Assembly (NCBI GenBank): GCA_046313435.1
Contig: JBKBYG010000020.1
Coordinates: 1-24,000, forward strand
Source: Alphaproteobacteria bacterium
GTDB lineage: Bacteria; Pseudomonadota; Alphaproteobacteria; Rickettsiales; Arcanibacteraceae
DNA: 24,000 bases
Direction of reading: 5' to 3'
The position numbers and the translations under genes were made by a program. This document shows positions 15,592 through 23,215 of the stretch, in pieces. How positions within the stretch are numbered: position 1 is the first letter of the stretch; each line of letters opens with the position of its first letter. The notes beneath the pieces are model-generated. The model did no database searches and had not been told where the DNA came from. It saw nothing but the letters and a program-made list of their open reading frames with translations.

Positions 15592-17325
15592 TTACAGATT
15601 GTTATAAAATTTTCTATAACTATCCAACCAATTTATAACATCAGAATTCTTTAAATATTTTGTTAATTTTTCATATATAGTATTATGATAATTGCTTAGC
15701 CATAACTTATCTTTTTCATTAAGTAGTTCCGAATCAATTAATTTATAATCAATAGGAACTAAAGTAAGATCTTTAAATTTTAGAAAATTTGAATATTTTG
15801 ATTCTTTGACATATAAAAGATTTTCAATTCTAATGCCATATTCACCTTCTTCGTAATAGCCCGGCTCATTGGACAAAATCATCCCAGGAAGGAGAGGAGT
15901 GGAGTTAGGTGCTTTAGAGATACGCTGAGGCCCTTCATGCACACTTAGATAACTCCCAACACCATGACCGGTTCCATGCCCGTAATCAAGACCAACTTGC
16001 CATAAATTATAACGTGCTAAAGCGTCAAGTTGAGAGCCTGTAGTATTTTTTGGAAATCTGGCTTGTGAAATGACAATATGCCCTTTTAGAACTCTGGTAA
16101 AATGCTCTTTTTGTAAAGGGGTGGATTTCCCTATGGCTATTGTTCTTGTAACATCAGTTGTACCATAATAATATTGGCCTCCTGAATCGATTAATAATAA
16201 ACCATTGCCTCGGATAATTTGATTAGTTTTTTCGGTCGCTTTATAATGTATTATTGCACCATTTTTATTGAATCCACATATTGTATCAAAACTAGGGCTA
16301 ATATAGTCTTTATCTTGTAACCTGAATTCTTCGAGTTTAGATATAAGTTCTAATTCAGAATAGTCTTGTTCTTGATTTTCTAACCAATATAAAAATTTAC
16401 AAATTGATGCTCCATCCTTAAGATGAGCTGTTTTTGCATTTTTAATTTCCACTTGATTTTTACAAGCTTTAAGCATTATACAAGGATCAGGCTTATCAAC
16501 TATATTCGCATTAATTTTACGAATATTTTCAATAAACCAGATAGGTGCATTTTGCTTATCAATTTGAACATTTTTATATTGAAAATTTAGCTTTTGTTCT
16601 AAACTTTTAAAAGGCAATATTTCAATATCTACAGGCGGGGCATTAATTATGTCGGCAGTATCAGAAAAAAGCAGAATCCTGCCATTGGAATAAATAATTG
16701 CATAACATAAAATAAGGGGTGTGTATGGTATATCTTCGCCTCTAATATTAAGTAGCCAGCAAATTGATTGCGGATCAGTCAAAATTAAAGCATCAATTTT
16801 TTGACTATTCAAATAATTCAGTATTTTTAATATTTTAGAATTGCTTGATTCGCCAGTATATTTTTCAGCATGTAAGAGAATTTTTGATTGCGGTTTTAAA
16901 GGTTTATCTTGCCATATTTTATCAACTAAATTATCAGTTGCAATCAATTGACAGTAATTTTCACCAAGCGAAATAAGTTTTTCAGTGTGTAATTTAGGAT
17001 CAAACCCTATTCTATAATTTCTATCCAAATTTTTTTTTAGCCATGCTAATATATCTTCTTTGGAAATATCTATAATTTGATAATTTTCTGTATCAATCTC
17101 ATATTGAGCTTGAAGAAGATAACGCCCATCTGTAAATAAAATTGCTTGATCATGTGTAATTAAAGCAATGCCATTTGAACCTGTAAAGCCGGTTAAGTAA
17201 TAAAGTCTTTTTGCGTAATTGGGAGTATATTCGCTTTGAAATTCGTCGTTAGAAGGAATTATAAATCCATCAAGCCCATATTTTAAAATTTCTTTTCTAA
17301 ATGTTAATAATCTTTGTTTAAACAT
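15592..17325 (-). CDS. pepP: Xaa-Pro aminopeptidase (aminopeptidase P, M24B, long form with N-terminal creatinase-like domains)
   Basis: M24 metal-ligand blocks are present: GGQYYYGTTDVTRT, HGTGHGVGSYLSVHEGP, SNEPGYY and GIRIEN. I prefer ATG 17325 (MFKQRL...). The ORF-track start at 17337 is a TTG four codons upstream. Confidence 0.88.
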   Translation of the reverse strand: MFKQRLLTFRKEILKYGLDGFIIPSNDEFQSEYTPNYAKRLYYLTGFTGSNGIALITHDQAILFTDGRYLLQAQYEIDTENYQIIDISKEDILAWLKKNLDRNYRIGFDPKLHTEKLISLGENYCQLIATDNLVDKIWQDKPLKPQSKILLHAEKYTGESSNSKILKILNYLNSQKIDALILTDPQSICWLLNIRGEDIPYTPLILCYAIIYSNGRILLFSDTADIINAPPVDIEILPFKSLEQKLNFQYKNVQIDKQNAPIWFIENIRKINANIVDKPDPCIMLKACKNQVEIKNAKTAHLKDGASICKFLYWLENQEQDYSELELISKLEEFRLQDKDYISPSFDTICGFNKNGAIIHYKATEKTNQIIRGNGLLLIDSGGQYYYGTTDVTRTIAIGKSTPLQKEHFTRVLKGHIVISQARFPKNTTGSQLDALARYNLWQVGLDYGHGTGHGVGSYLSVHEGPQRISKAPNSTPLLPGMILSNEPGYYEEGEYGIRIENLLYVKESKYSNFLKFKDLTLVPIDYKLIDSELLNEKDKLWLSNYHNTIYEKLTKYLKNSDVINWLDSYRKFYNNL

Positions 17326-17385
17326 TTTACAACTCAAAATTAAAATGATAAATTATTTGTAGTTTATTTTATATTATGTACCATT

Positions 17386-19689
17386 ATGAGAATATCTTTT
17401 ATAACATCCTATTTGGCTAGTAAAAAAATCTATTTTGCCTTTATAAGCCTATTTTTAATTTCATCTTATCTAGCAATATCAATTTTAAGTTACAATTCAA
17501 ATGATCCCTCATTTAATCGTGCTTCAAATTTTGAGGTAAAAAATTTAGGTGGGGAATTTGGAGCTTTTATAGCTGATCCATTACTCCAATTGTTTGGACT
17601 CGCGGGTTTAATCTTAGTTTTGATTCCATTTTTATGGGGTATAAAACTGTTCAAAGATAAACATATAAAATATTTTATCCTGAGATCTATTTCGGGATTG
17701 ATATGTCTGATAACTACTACCATTTTATTTGCAGTAATTTCACCTCCAGAAAACTGGCCATTTGTAGGGCTAGGAGGATATTTGGGAGAATTTTTGAAAA
17801 TTAAAATTAGCCATATTATACCTGCATATTATTTTATTTTTCTAAATATTTTTTCAGCCATTTTATGTTTTTTCACATTCATGTTTGCCTCAGCAATTTC
17901 TTATAAGTCTTTGATTAATATACTGAATATACTTTATAATACATTTGTATATATAGTAAAAATGAGTAAATACCTTATATTGAAAATGTTTTATAGTAAG
18001 ATAAAGCCTGTACAGCAAAATCTTATTCAACAATACAATGAGTTTGAGAATTTTGATGAAATTGATGAGGTAATTGAAGCTTTAGCTCCTAAATCACCAG
18101 AGCCACCAAAATTTAAGTTTCCAAAAAAAGAAAAGGAAAAAACTCATACCATAAACAAAAAAAATAGTACTCCTATCAAACTTAAAAGCGACTTTGCATT
18201 ACCATCACTTGAATTTTTAGCCCAAGTTCAAAATAAGGTTAAGAGAACAAATATTAGTGATACTGCTTTATTACAAAGCTCAAGGATGCTCGAGCAAGTT
18301 TTAAAAGAATTTGGGGTAAATGGTAGAATTATTGATATTCACCCAGGCCCTGTTGTAACATTATATGAACTTGAACCTGCTGCAGGAGTGAAATCTTCAA
18401 GAGTAATAGGCCTTGCAGATGATATAGCAAGGTCAATGAGTGCAATATCAGCAAGGATTGCTGTTGTACCAGGACGTAATGCAATTGGTATTGAGCTTCC
18501 TAATATTCATCGTGAAATTGTTTACTTGCGTGAGATACTAGATAGTAAGGAATATAGTGATCCAAATAATCGCCTACCAATAATTTTAGGTAAAGATATT
18601 GGTGGTGCATCTGTAGTAGTTGATTTATCTAAAATGCCCCATTTACTTGTTGCAGGTACGACAGGCTCGGGTAAATCAGTTGCTATAAACACAATGATTT
18701 TATCATTATTATATAGTCTTACTCCTGACGAATGTAAGTTTATAATGATTGATCCAAAAATGCTAGAATTATCAATATATGACGGTATCCCACACTTACT
18801 TACACCTGTTGTTACTGAGCCAGGTAAGGCAATAGTTGCATTGAAATGGACAGTAAAAGAAATGGAAAATCGTTATAGGTTAATGTCGAACCTATCAGTT
18901 AGAAATATTGGAGGATATAATAAGAGAATTGCTGAAGCCATTGAAGCAGGTGAGACTTTGGAAAGGACACTCCAAACTGGATTTGAGCCAAATACTGGTA
19001 AACCAATTTATGAGAAAATTCCTATTGAAATGAAGCCTTTACCATATATTGTTGTTATTGTTGATGAAATGGCTGATTTAATGTTAGTAGCTGGAAAAGA
19101 TATTGAGTCATCAATACAAAGGCTTGCACAAATGGCAAGGGCAGCTGGTATTCACATTATCATGGCGACTCAACGACCTTCAGTTGATGTTATCACTGGT
19201 GTAATAAAAGCAAACTTCCCCACAAGAATAAGTTTCCAAGTTACTTCGAGAATAGATAGCAGAACAATCCTTGGAGAGCAGGGTGCTGAGCAGCTACTTG
19301 GGATGGGTGATATGCTTTATATGGCAGGCGGAAGTAGAATAACTCGTGTTCATGGACCATTTGTGGATGATAGAGAAGTTGAAAAAATTGTTTCATATCT
19401 CAAAACGCAAGGTTCACCTGAATATATTGAAGATGTAACCGAAGATGATGAAGAAAATTCTTCTGATTTAATGGCAGATGGCGATTCTGGAGAAGATAAT
19501 GAACTTTATAGGCAAGCTGTTGCAATAGTTAAAAGAGATAAAAAAGCATCTACAAGTTATATACAGCGGTGTTTGCGTATTGGATATAACCGTGCTGCTA
19601 CAATCATTGAAAGAATGGAAAAAGAAGGAATCGTAAGTAAGGCTAATCATGTGGGTAAAAGAGAAGTAATGGGGGAGGGTGAGTATTAA
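17386..19689 (+). CDS. ftsK: DNA translocase FtsK
   Basis: N-terminal 4-TM domain and a Pro/Lys-rich linker. The motor has Walker A GTTGSGKS and Walker B VVIVDEMADL, plus MATQRPSVDVITG. The C-terminal gamma winged-helix domain is present (ASTSYIQRCLRIGYNRAATIIERME). Confidence 0.96.
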   Translation: MRISFITSYLASKKIYFAFISLFLISSYLAISILSYNSNDPSFNRASNFEVKNLGGEFGAFIADPLLQLFGLAGLILVLIPFLWGIKLFKDKHIKYFILRSISGLICLITTTILFAVISPPENWPFVGLGGYLGEFLKIKISHIIPAYYFIFLNIFSAILCFFTFMFASAISYKSLINILNILYNTFVYIVKMSKYLILKMFYSKIKPVQQNLIQQYNEFENFDEIDEVIEALAPKSPEPPKFKFPKKEKEKTHTINKKNSTPIKLKSDFALPSLEFLAQVQNKVKRTNISDTALLQSSRMLEQVLKEFGVNGRIIDIHPGPVVTLYELEPAAGVKSSRVIGLADDIARSMSAISARIAVVPGRNAIGIELPNIHREIVYLREILDSKEYSDPNNRLPIILGKDIGGASVVVDLSKMPHLLVAGTTGSGKSVAINTMILSLLYSLTPDECKFIMIDPKMLELSIYDGIPHLLTPVVTEPGKAIVALKWTVKEMENRYRLMSNLSVRNIGGYNKRIAEAIEAGETLERTLQTGFEPNTGKPIYEKIPIEMKPLPYIVVIVDEMADLMLVAGKDIESSIQRLAQMARAAGIHIIMATQRPSVDVITGVIKANFPTRISFQVTSRIDSRTILGEQGAEQLLGMGDMLYMAGGSRITRVHGPFVDDREVEKIVSYLKTQGSPEYIEDVTEDDEENSSDLMADGDSGEDNELYRQAVAIVKRDKKASTSYIQRCLRIGYNRAATIIERMEKEGIVSKANHVGKREVMGEGEY

Positions 19690-19865
19690 ATTCTGCTCTT
19701 TCTCTATATTAAAATTATTTTTAAAACCATACTTAACTTCTCTAATAAGCTTAAAACTAACGATGTAATTTACAAATTTTGTTAATAAAAATTAACATTC
19801 CTTGATTTATTTTAATAATTATGTTATATGTATCCAAATAAATTAATATTGTTAGGTAAACTAAA

Positions 19866-21149
19866 ATGACATTACAACATAAAACAACAGAGTTATATAA
19901 TCAAGTTATGCATAATTTAGCTCATTTTTATGCAGATAAATTAGACATTGATGATCGATATAGAAAATTTAATAAAATTGAGCTTGAGGAAAAACTTAAG
20001 TTGATGTTTTTAGTAACAGACACATTAAGTAGTATTGAAATAAGGAGTCTACACGGAGCAATTTGTAATGCACAACAATTTGCTCAAGATGTTGAATCTG
20101 GTTACATGGATGAATTTAGGGCTAGCGAAACGTTGAATAAGATACCTGAATTAGGAGAAGATAGATCAGAATTCAAATATTTTGTAATGAGATATTTTAA
20201 GGATCATAATTTAAGAATTGAGCTTGGTTCAGCTGAACAATTGATACATGCTACTCTTCATGATTTTTTTCAAAAATATAAAAATAATGTTTCATATGAA
20301 GAACCCAATTCAGAAAATGCTTTTTCTAATAGTGGAATTATGTTTGGTCCAACAGGAAGAGGTAACATTGGTAACTATATAATATATTGTAAAAATGAAT
20401 CAATATTAACAGGGCTCCTCATGAAAATTGATTCTATGATAAGAGAGAGGTGCCCTAACATTCCACCACTACAAAATACAATTGAGATAGAGAATGTTGC
20501 TCAAACTGAGGAAGTACAAGATACGGAAAGAAAAGGAAGCATTAATGATGAAAAAAGAACAAAGCTACTTGAGCTTGTAGATGAGATTTATACTAGGCTC
20601 GGAGGGAAGCCTAGCTTTATATTCCATATACCAAGCATAGTTGTTGGAATGGTTTTAGGTAATTATATCAAAGGTGAGAAAGTTGTAAATTATTGGAACA
20701 AAGGAATAGAATCAGTTTCAGGTTTCGTAAATAGTAAAGTTATTGATAAAGTAAAACCTCATTTAATTGCTAATCAAAGCAAGTCCGCTGCTGTTAACCT
20801 ATTTCAATCTACAATGTCAGTAGTAATATTAGCATCAGCATTACAAGGTATTGTACGCTTTGCTAGTGAACTTAAAGAAGAAAAAGCTTTTAGTACTCGT
20901 ATTAAAAATGCATTTAAAGCAGCCTCGGATATATTTATTGATGGGGCAGTTACCTCTTCAACAATATCACTGACAGGCTTGGCTGTATCTGCTGCTGGAA
21001 TAACTTCAATAGCTGCACCAATAGGAGTTGCTATTGCCGGTGGAGTTATCGGATATGGAATTACAAAAAAAGTTAGAGAAAAATTTGGATATTTCACTGA
21101 AAAAGTAACTAATGGGACTAACACTCAATTGTTTAACCATAATAGATAA
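19866..21149 (+). CDS. hypothetical protein: soluble N-terminal ~245 aa plus C-terminal hydrophobic region with a bilobed Gly/Ala/Ser-rich segment
   Basis: 427-aa ORF with no signal peptide. Hydrophobic stretches lie at aa 249-267, aa 308-331 and aa 355-399; the last is a ~45-aa bilobed stretch, DIFIDGAVTSSTISLTGLAVSAAGITSIAAPIGVAIAGGVIGYGI (nt ~20928-21062). Basic residues follow it. I recognise no family. Confidence 0.7.
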   Translation: MTLQHKTTELYNQVMHNLAHFYADKLDIDDRYRKFNKIELEEKLKLMFLVTDTLSSIEIRSLHGAICNAQQFAQDVESGYMDEFRASETLNKIPELGEDRSEFKYFVMRYFKDHNLRIELGSAEQLIHATLHDFFQKYKNNVSYEEPNSENAFSNSGIMFGPTGRGNIGNYIIYCKNESILTGLLMKIDSMIRERCPNIPPLQNTIEIENVAQTEEVQDTERKGSINDEKRTKLLELVDEIYTRLGGKPSFIFHIPSIVVGMVLGNYIKGEKVVNYWNKGIESVSGFVNSKVIDKVKPHLIANQSKSAAVNLFQSTMSVVILASALQGIVRFASELKEEKAFSTRIKNAFKAASDIFIDGAVTSSTISLTGLAVSAAGITSIAAPIGVAIAGGVIGYGITKKVREKFGYFTEKVTNGTNTQLFNHNR

Positions 21150-21262
21150 AATTCTTGCTGAGTTAATTAATTTTGGATCAGGCTTAGGGTTTAACTCTGT
21201 ATATTGCGAAATAAACTTGCTACAACCAAAATTCTATTTAGTAATTGTATTTTTTAAAATAC

Positions 21263-21298
21263 TAGACTTCTTTAAAACTGAGATTTTGAAGAAGTCTA
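21263..21298 (+). terminator. strong hairpin in the long spacer downstream of the 427-aa ORF
   Basis: 15-bp stem TAGACTTCTTTAAAA (21263-21277) / TTTTGAAGAAGTCTA (21284-21298) with one T-G pair, and a 6-nt loop CTGAGA. It is followed by TTCTC only, so there is no good U-tract. It lies ~115 nt after the stop at 21149. Confidence 0.35.
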
Positions 21299-21566
21299 TT
21301 CTCGGTTATACCAAATATATTCTATGCTACGCGCTTCCCTTTACTAAGCTCTCTTTAGAATTCTCATAAACATAGCTCTAAAAGAAATTGAGCAAAATAA
21401 TTTACCATAAACAAAATTTTTCGATCATAATTAAGCTATAAATAACAATTTTAGTTACCAAAAATAATAGTTTATGCTATACATATGTATGTGCACAATC
21501 CTTAAATGACTAAAAAATTAGCATATGTTGTTCATATAAATGTGAAAAAAATAACTTAAGATTAAT

Positions 21567-22025
21567 ATGACTACCTATTTACAGCAACAACTAAAAGAAA
21601 GAATGGAAGCTAAAAAGCTAACTATTTATGCTCTTGAAAAAAAGGCTGGTCTTAATAGAAGTGCAGTGAGAAATATACTTCAAGGCTTTTCTAGAAACCC
21701 TAGTATAGAAATTTTACATGCGATTACAAAAATACTTGAATGTAATATTGATGATCTAATTGAGAAAAAAGAATCTATCCAAGATACTATTCACATAAAT
21801 ATGAATAATGATAAAATCTATAATGAAAATATATGGAATGAGAAATTATATATAGAAGCAGTTAAGACAGTATCTAAGTTCGTAGAGGGCAAAGACGTAA
21901 CATTTGATTTTAAACAAATGACTAATTTAATTAATGAGTCTTATCAATACTCAGCTTTTAAAAACTCTAATCAAATTGATCAAGATTTCTGTAAATGGAT
22001 AATTTATAAATCCACGAAAAATTAA
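21567..22025 (+). CDS. XRE/Cro-C1-type helix-turn-helix transcriptional regulator with an uncharacterised C-terminal half
   Basis: The N-terminal 65 aa match the HTH_3 pattern: LKERMEAKKLTIYALEKKAGLNRSAVRNILQG..NPSIEILHAITKILECNIDDLI. Confidence 0.75.
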   Translation: MTTYLQQQLKERMEAKKLTIYALEKKAGLNRSAVRNILQGFSRNPSIEILHAITKILECNIDDLIEKKESIQDTIHINMNNDKIYNENIWNEKLYIEAVKTVSKFVEGKDVTFDFKQMTNLINESYQYSAFKNSNQIDQDFCKWIIYKSTKN

Positions 22026-22046
22026 GCGCAAAATTATTAAAATAAC

Positions 22047-22081
22047 TTACTTTACTCCTTGGAATAGTTGAGATAAAGTAA
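22047..22081 (+). terminator. AT-rich hairpin after the XRE gene (weak terminator candidate)
   Basis: Stem TTACTTTA (22047-22054) / TAAAGTAA (22074-22081), plus 3 further pairs across a 1-nt bulge. The loop is ~12 nt and is followed by TATTATTTAAT. Confidence 0.25.
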
Positions 22082-22098
22082 TATTATTTAATCTATTC

Positions 22099-22737
22099 AT
22101 GGAGGAAGAGATGAGGAAATTAGTTTTTTTAATGCTGGTAGTAATTATAGTAGGTACATTATATATAGTTAAATCTATAACAAAGCCCAATTATAATTCT
22201 ATATTAAACTTTTTTGGGACTTCCACTAATGTTCAAACTCAGCCAATAAATATCAATCCTGATTTTACTTTAACAGACGTTAATGGAAAGATTGTTACTA
22301 ACAACGATTTTTTAGGAAAAATAATGCTTGTATATTTCGGTTTTACATATTGTCCTGATATATGTCCAGCAGAACTGAATGTGATTGGAGCGGCACTAGA
22401 AAAACTTGGAGAAGACGCTGACAAAGTTCAAGCATTATTTATTACAGTTGATCCAGAAAGAGATGATTTTGCTCAATTAAAATCTTATATGGAACATTTT
22501 AATACTAAAATAATTGCTTTAAACGGTACTTTGGAAGAAACTGAAATAGTAGCAAAAAATTATAAAGTATATTATAATAAAATTGCTGGACAAGGAGATG
22601 GTAAAAATTATTTAATTGACCATTCATCGCTAATATATTTAATAGATACAAAAGGTAATTTTAATAGTGTTTTTTATGCTAAAGCAACAGCTGATGATAT
22701 TGCTCTAAAGTTAAAACAATTAATTACAAATAATTAA
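22099..22737 (+). CDS. SCO1/SenC-family copper chaperone / thiol-disulfide oxidoreductase
   Basis: N-terminal membrane anchor, a thioredoxin-like fold with FGFTYCPDICP (CxxxC), and a downstream DHSS histidine. ATG 22111 is an alternative start; GGAGGA at 22102-22107 could serve as its Shine-Dalgarno. Confidence 0.88.
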   Translation: MEEEMRKLVFLMLVVIIVGTLYIVKSITKPNYNSILNFFGTSTNVQTQPININPDFTLTDVNGKIVTNNDFLGKIMLVYFGFTYCPDICPAELNVIGAALEKLGEDADKVQALFITVDPERDDFAQLKSYMEHFNTKIIALNGTLEETEIVAKNYKVYYNKIAGQGDGKNYLIDHSSLIYLIDTKGNFNSVFYAKATADDIALKLKQLITNN

Positions 22738-22739
22738 TA

Positions 22740-23210
22740 ATGAGGAAATACATGAATAAATACTGCTATTTAATAAGTTTCATAATAGCTGCAACTTCAG
22801 GTCTTGCATATGCAGATAATAATCCTTTGCCGCCAATGCCTCCTATGCAACCATCAAAAGACATGCAAGCGCCTCCTTCTCCAGCGCTTCAAGCTCCTGC
22901 TGCTCCTCCATTCATACCACCAATTGGAGGTAAATCAAATAGTGATTTAACAAAAAAACCTATTTTAGCTCTTACTGAAGAAGATAAAAAAGCATTGAAA
23001 GAATTGAAGGAATACATAAATGATATACCAGAAGCCACAAAAATACAGATTGATGAATTTGAAAGTGAAATGAAAATTTTAAGAGCTCAAAGTCAAGAGG
23101 CTTATGACAAATTATCGCATGAGGCTAAGTTAATTTTGAAAAATAAGAAAGACAGAATTTCTAAACTTTCTGAAGAAGCTAAAAAAATTTATTTTAGAAA
23201 CGAAGAGTAA
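22740..23210 (+). CDS. hypothetical secreted Pro/Met/Ala-rich protein with a C-terminal coiled-coil-like region
   Basis: Signal peptide ...[17 protein letters not shown]|DNN, then [36 protein letters not shown] (nt ~22818-22931), then a charged helical region. An alternative and perhaps better start is ATG 22752, preceded by GAGGAA. It sits between sco1 (2-nt gap) and ispG (5-nt gap). Confidence 0.6.
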   Translation: MRKYMNKYCYLISFIIAATSGLAYADNNPLPPMPPMQPSKDMQAPPSPALQAPAAPPFIPPIGGKSNSDLTKKPILALTEEDKKALKELKEYINDIPEATKIQIDEFESEMKILRAQSQEAYDKLSHEAKLILKNKKDRISKLSEEAKKIYFRNEE

Positions 23211-23215
23211 AAATA

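Noticed and set aside
17326-17337. TTG-initiated 4-codon extension of pepP (MSCK...)
   Set aside because: An ATG follows immediately at 17325 and gives MFKQRLL..., a typical N-terminus. Nothing supports the TTG start.
19781-19796. Palindrome GTTAATaaaaATTAAC ~70 bp upstream of the 427-aa ORF as a regulator binding site
   Set aside because: 6-bp AT-only arms are expected by chance in this composition. There is no second copy or convincing adjacent -35/-10 pair, and it does not resemble the CATATG-type sites upstream of the XRE gene.
21112-21369. 85-aa ORF starting inside the end of the 427-aa gene and crossing the 21263-21298 hairpin
   Set aside because: It has no RBS, a hydrophobic low-complexity translation, and overlaps the upstream gene. 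It is more likely non-coding spacer or a gene remnant.
19866-22025. 427-aa orphan plus XRE regulator as a toxin-antitoxin or phage-immunity module
   Set aside because: The genes are 417 bp apart with a hairpin between them, so they are not translationally coupled. The sizes do not fit known TA pairs, and no phage or integrase genes are nearby. Only loose regulatory linkage remains plausible.
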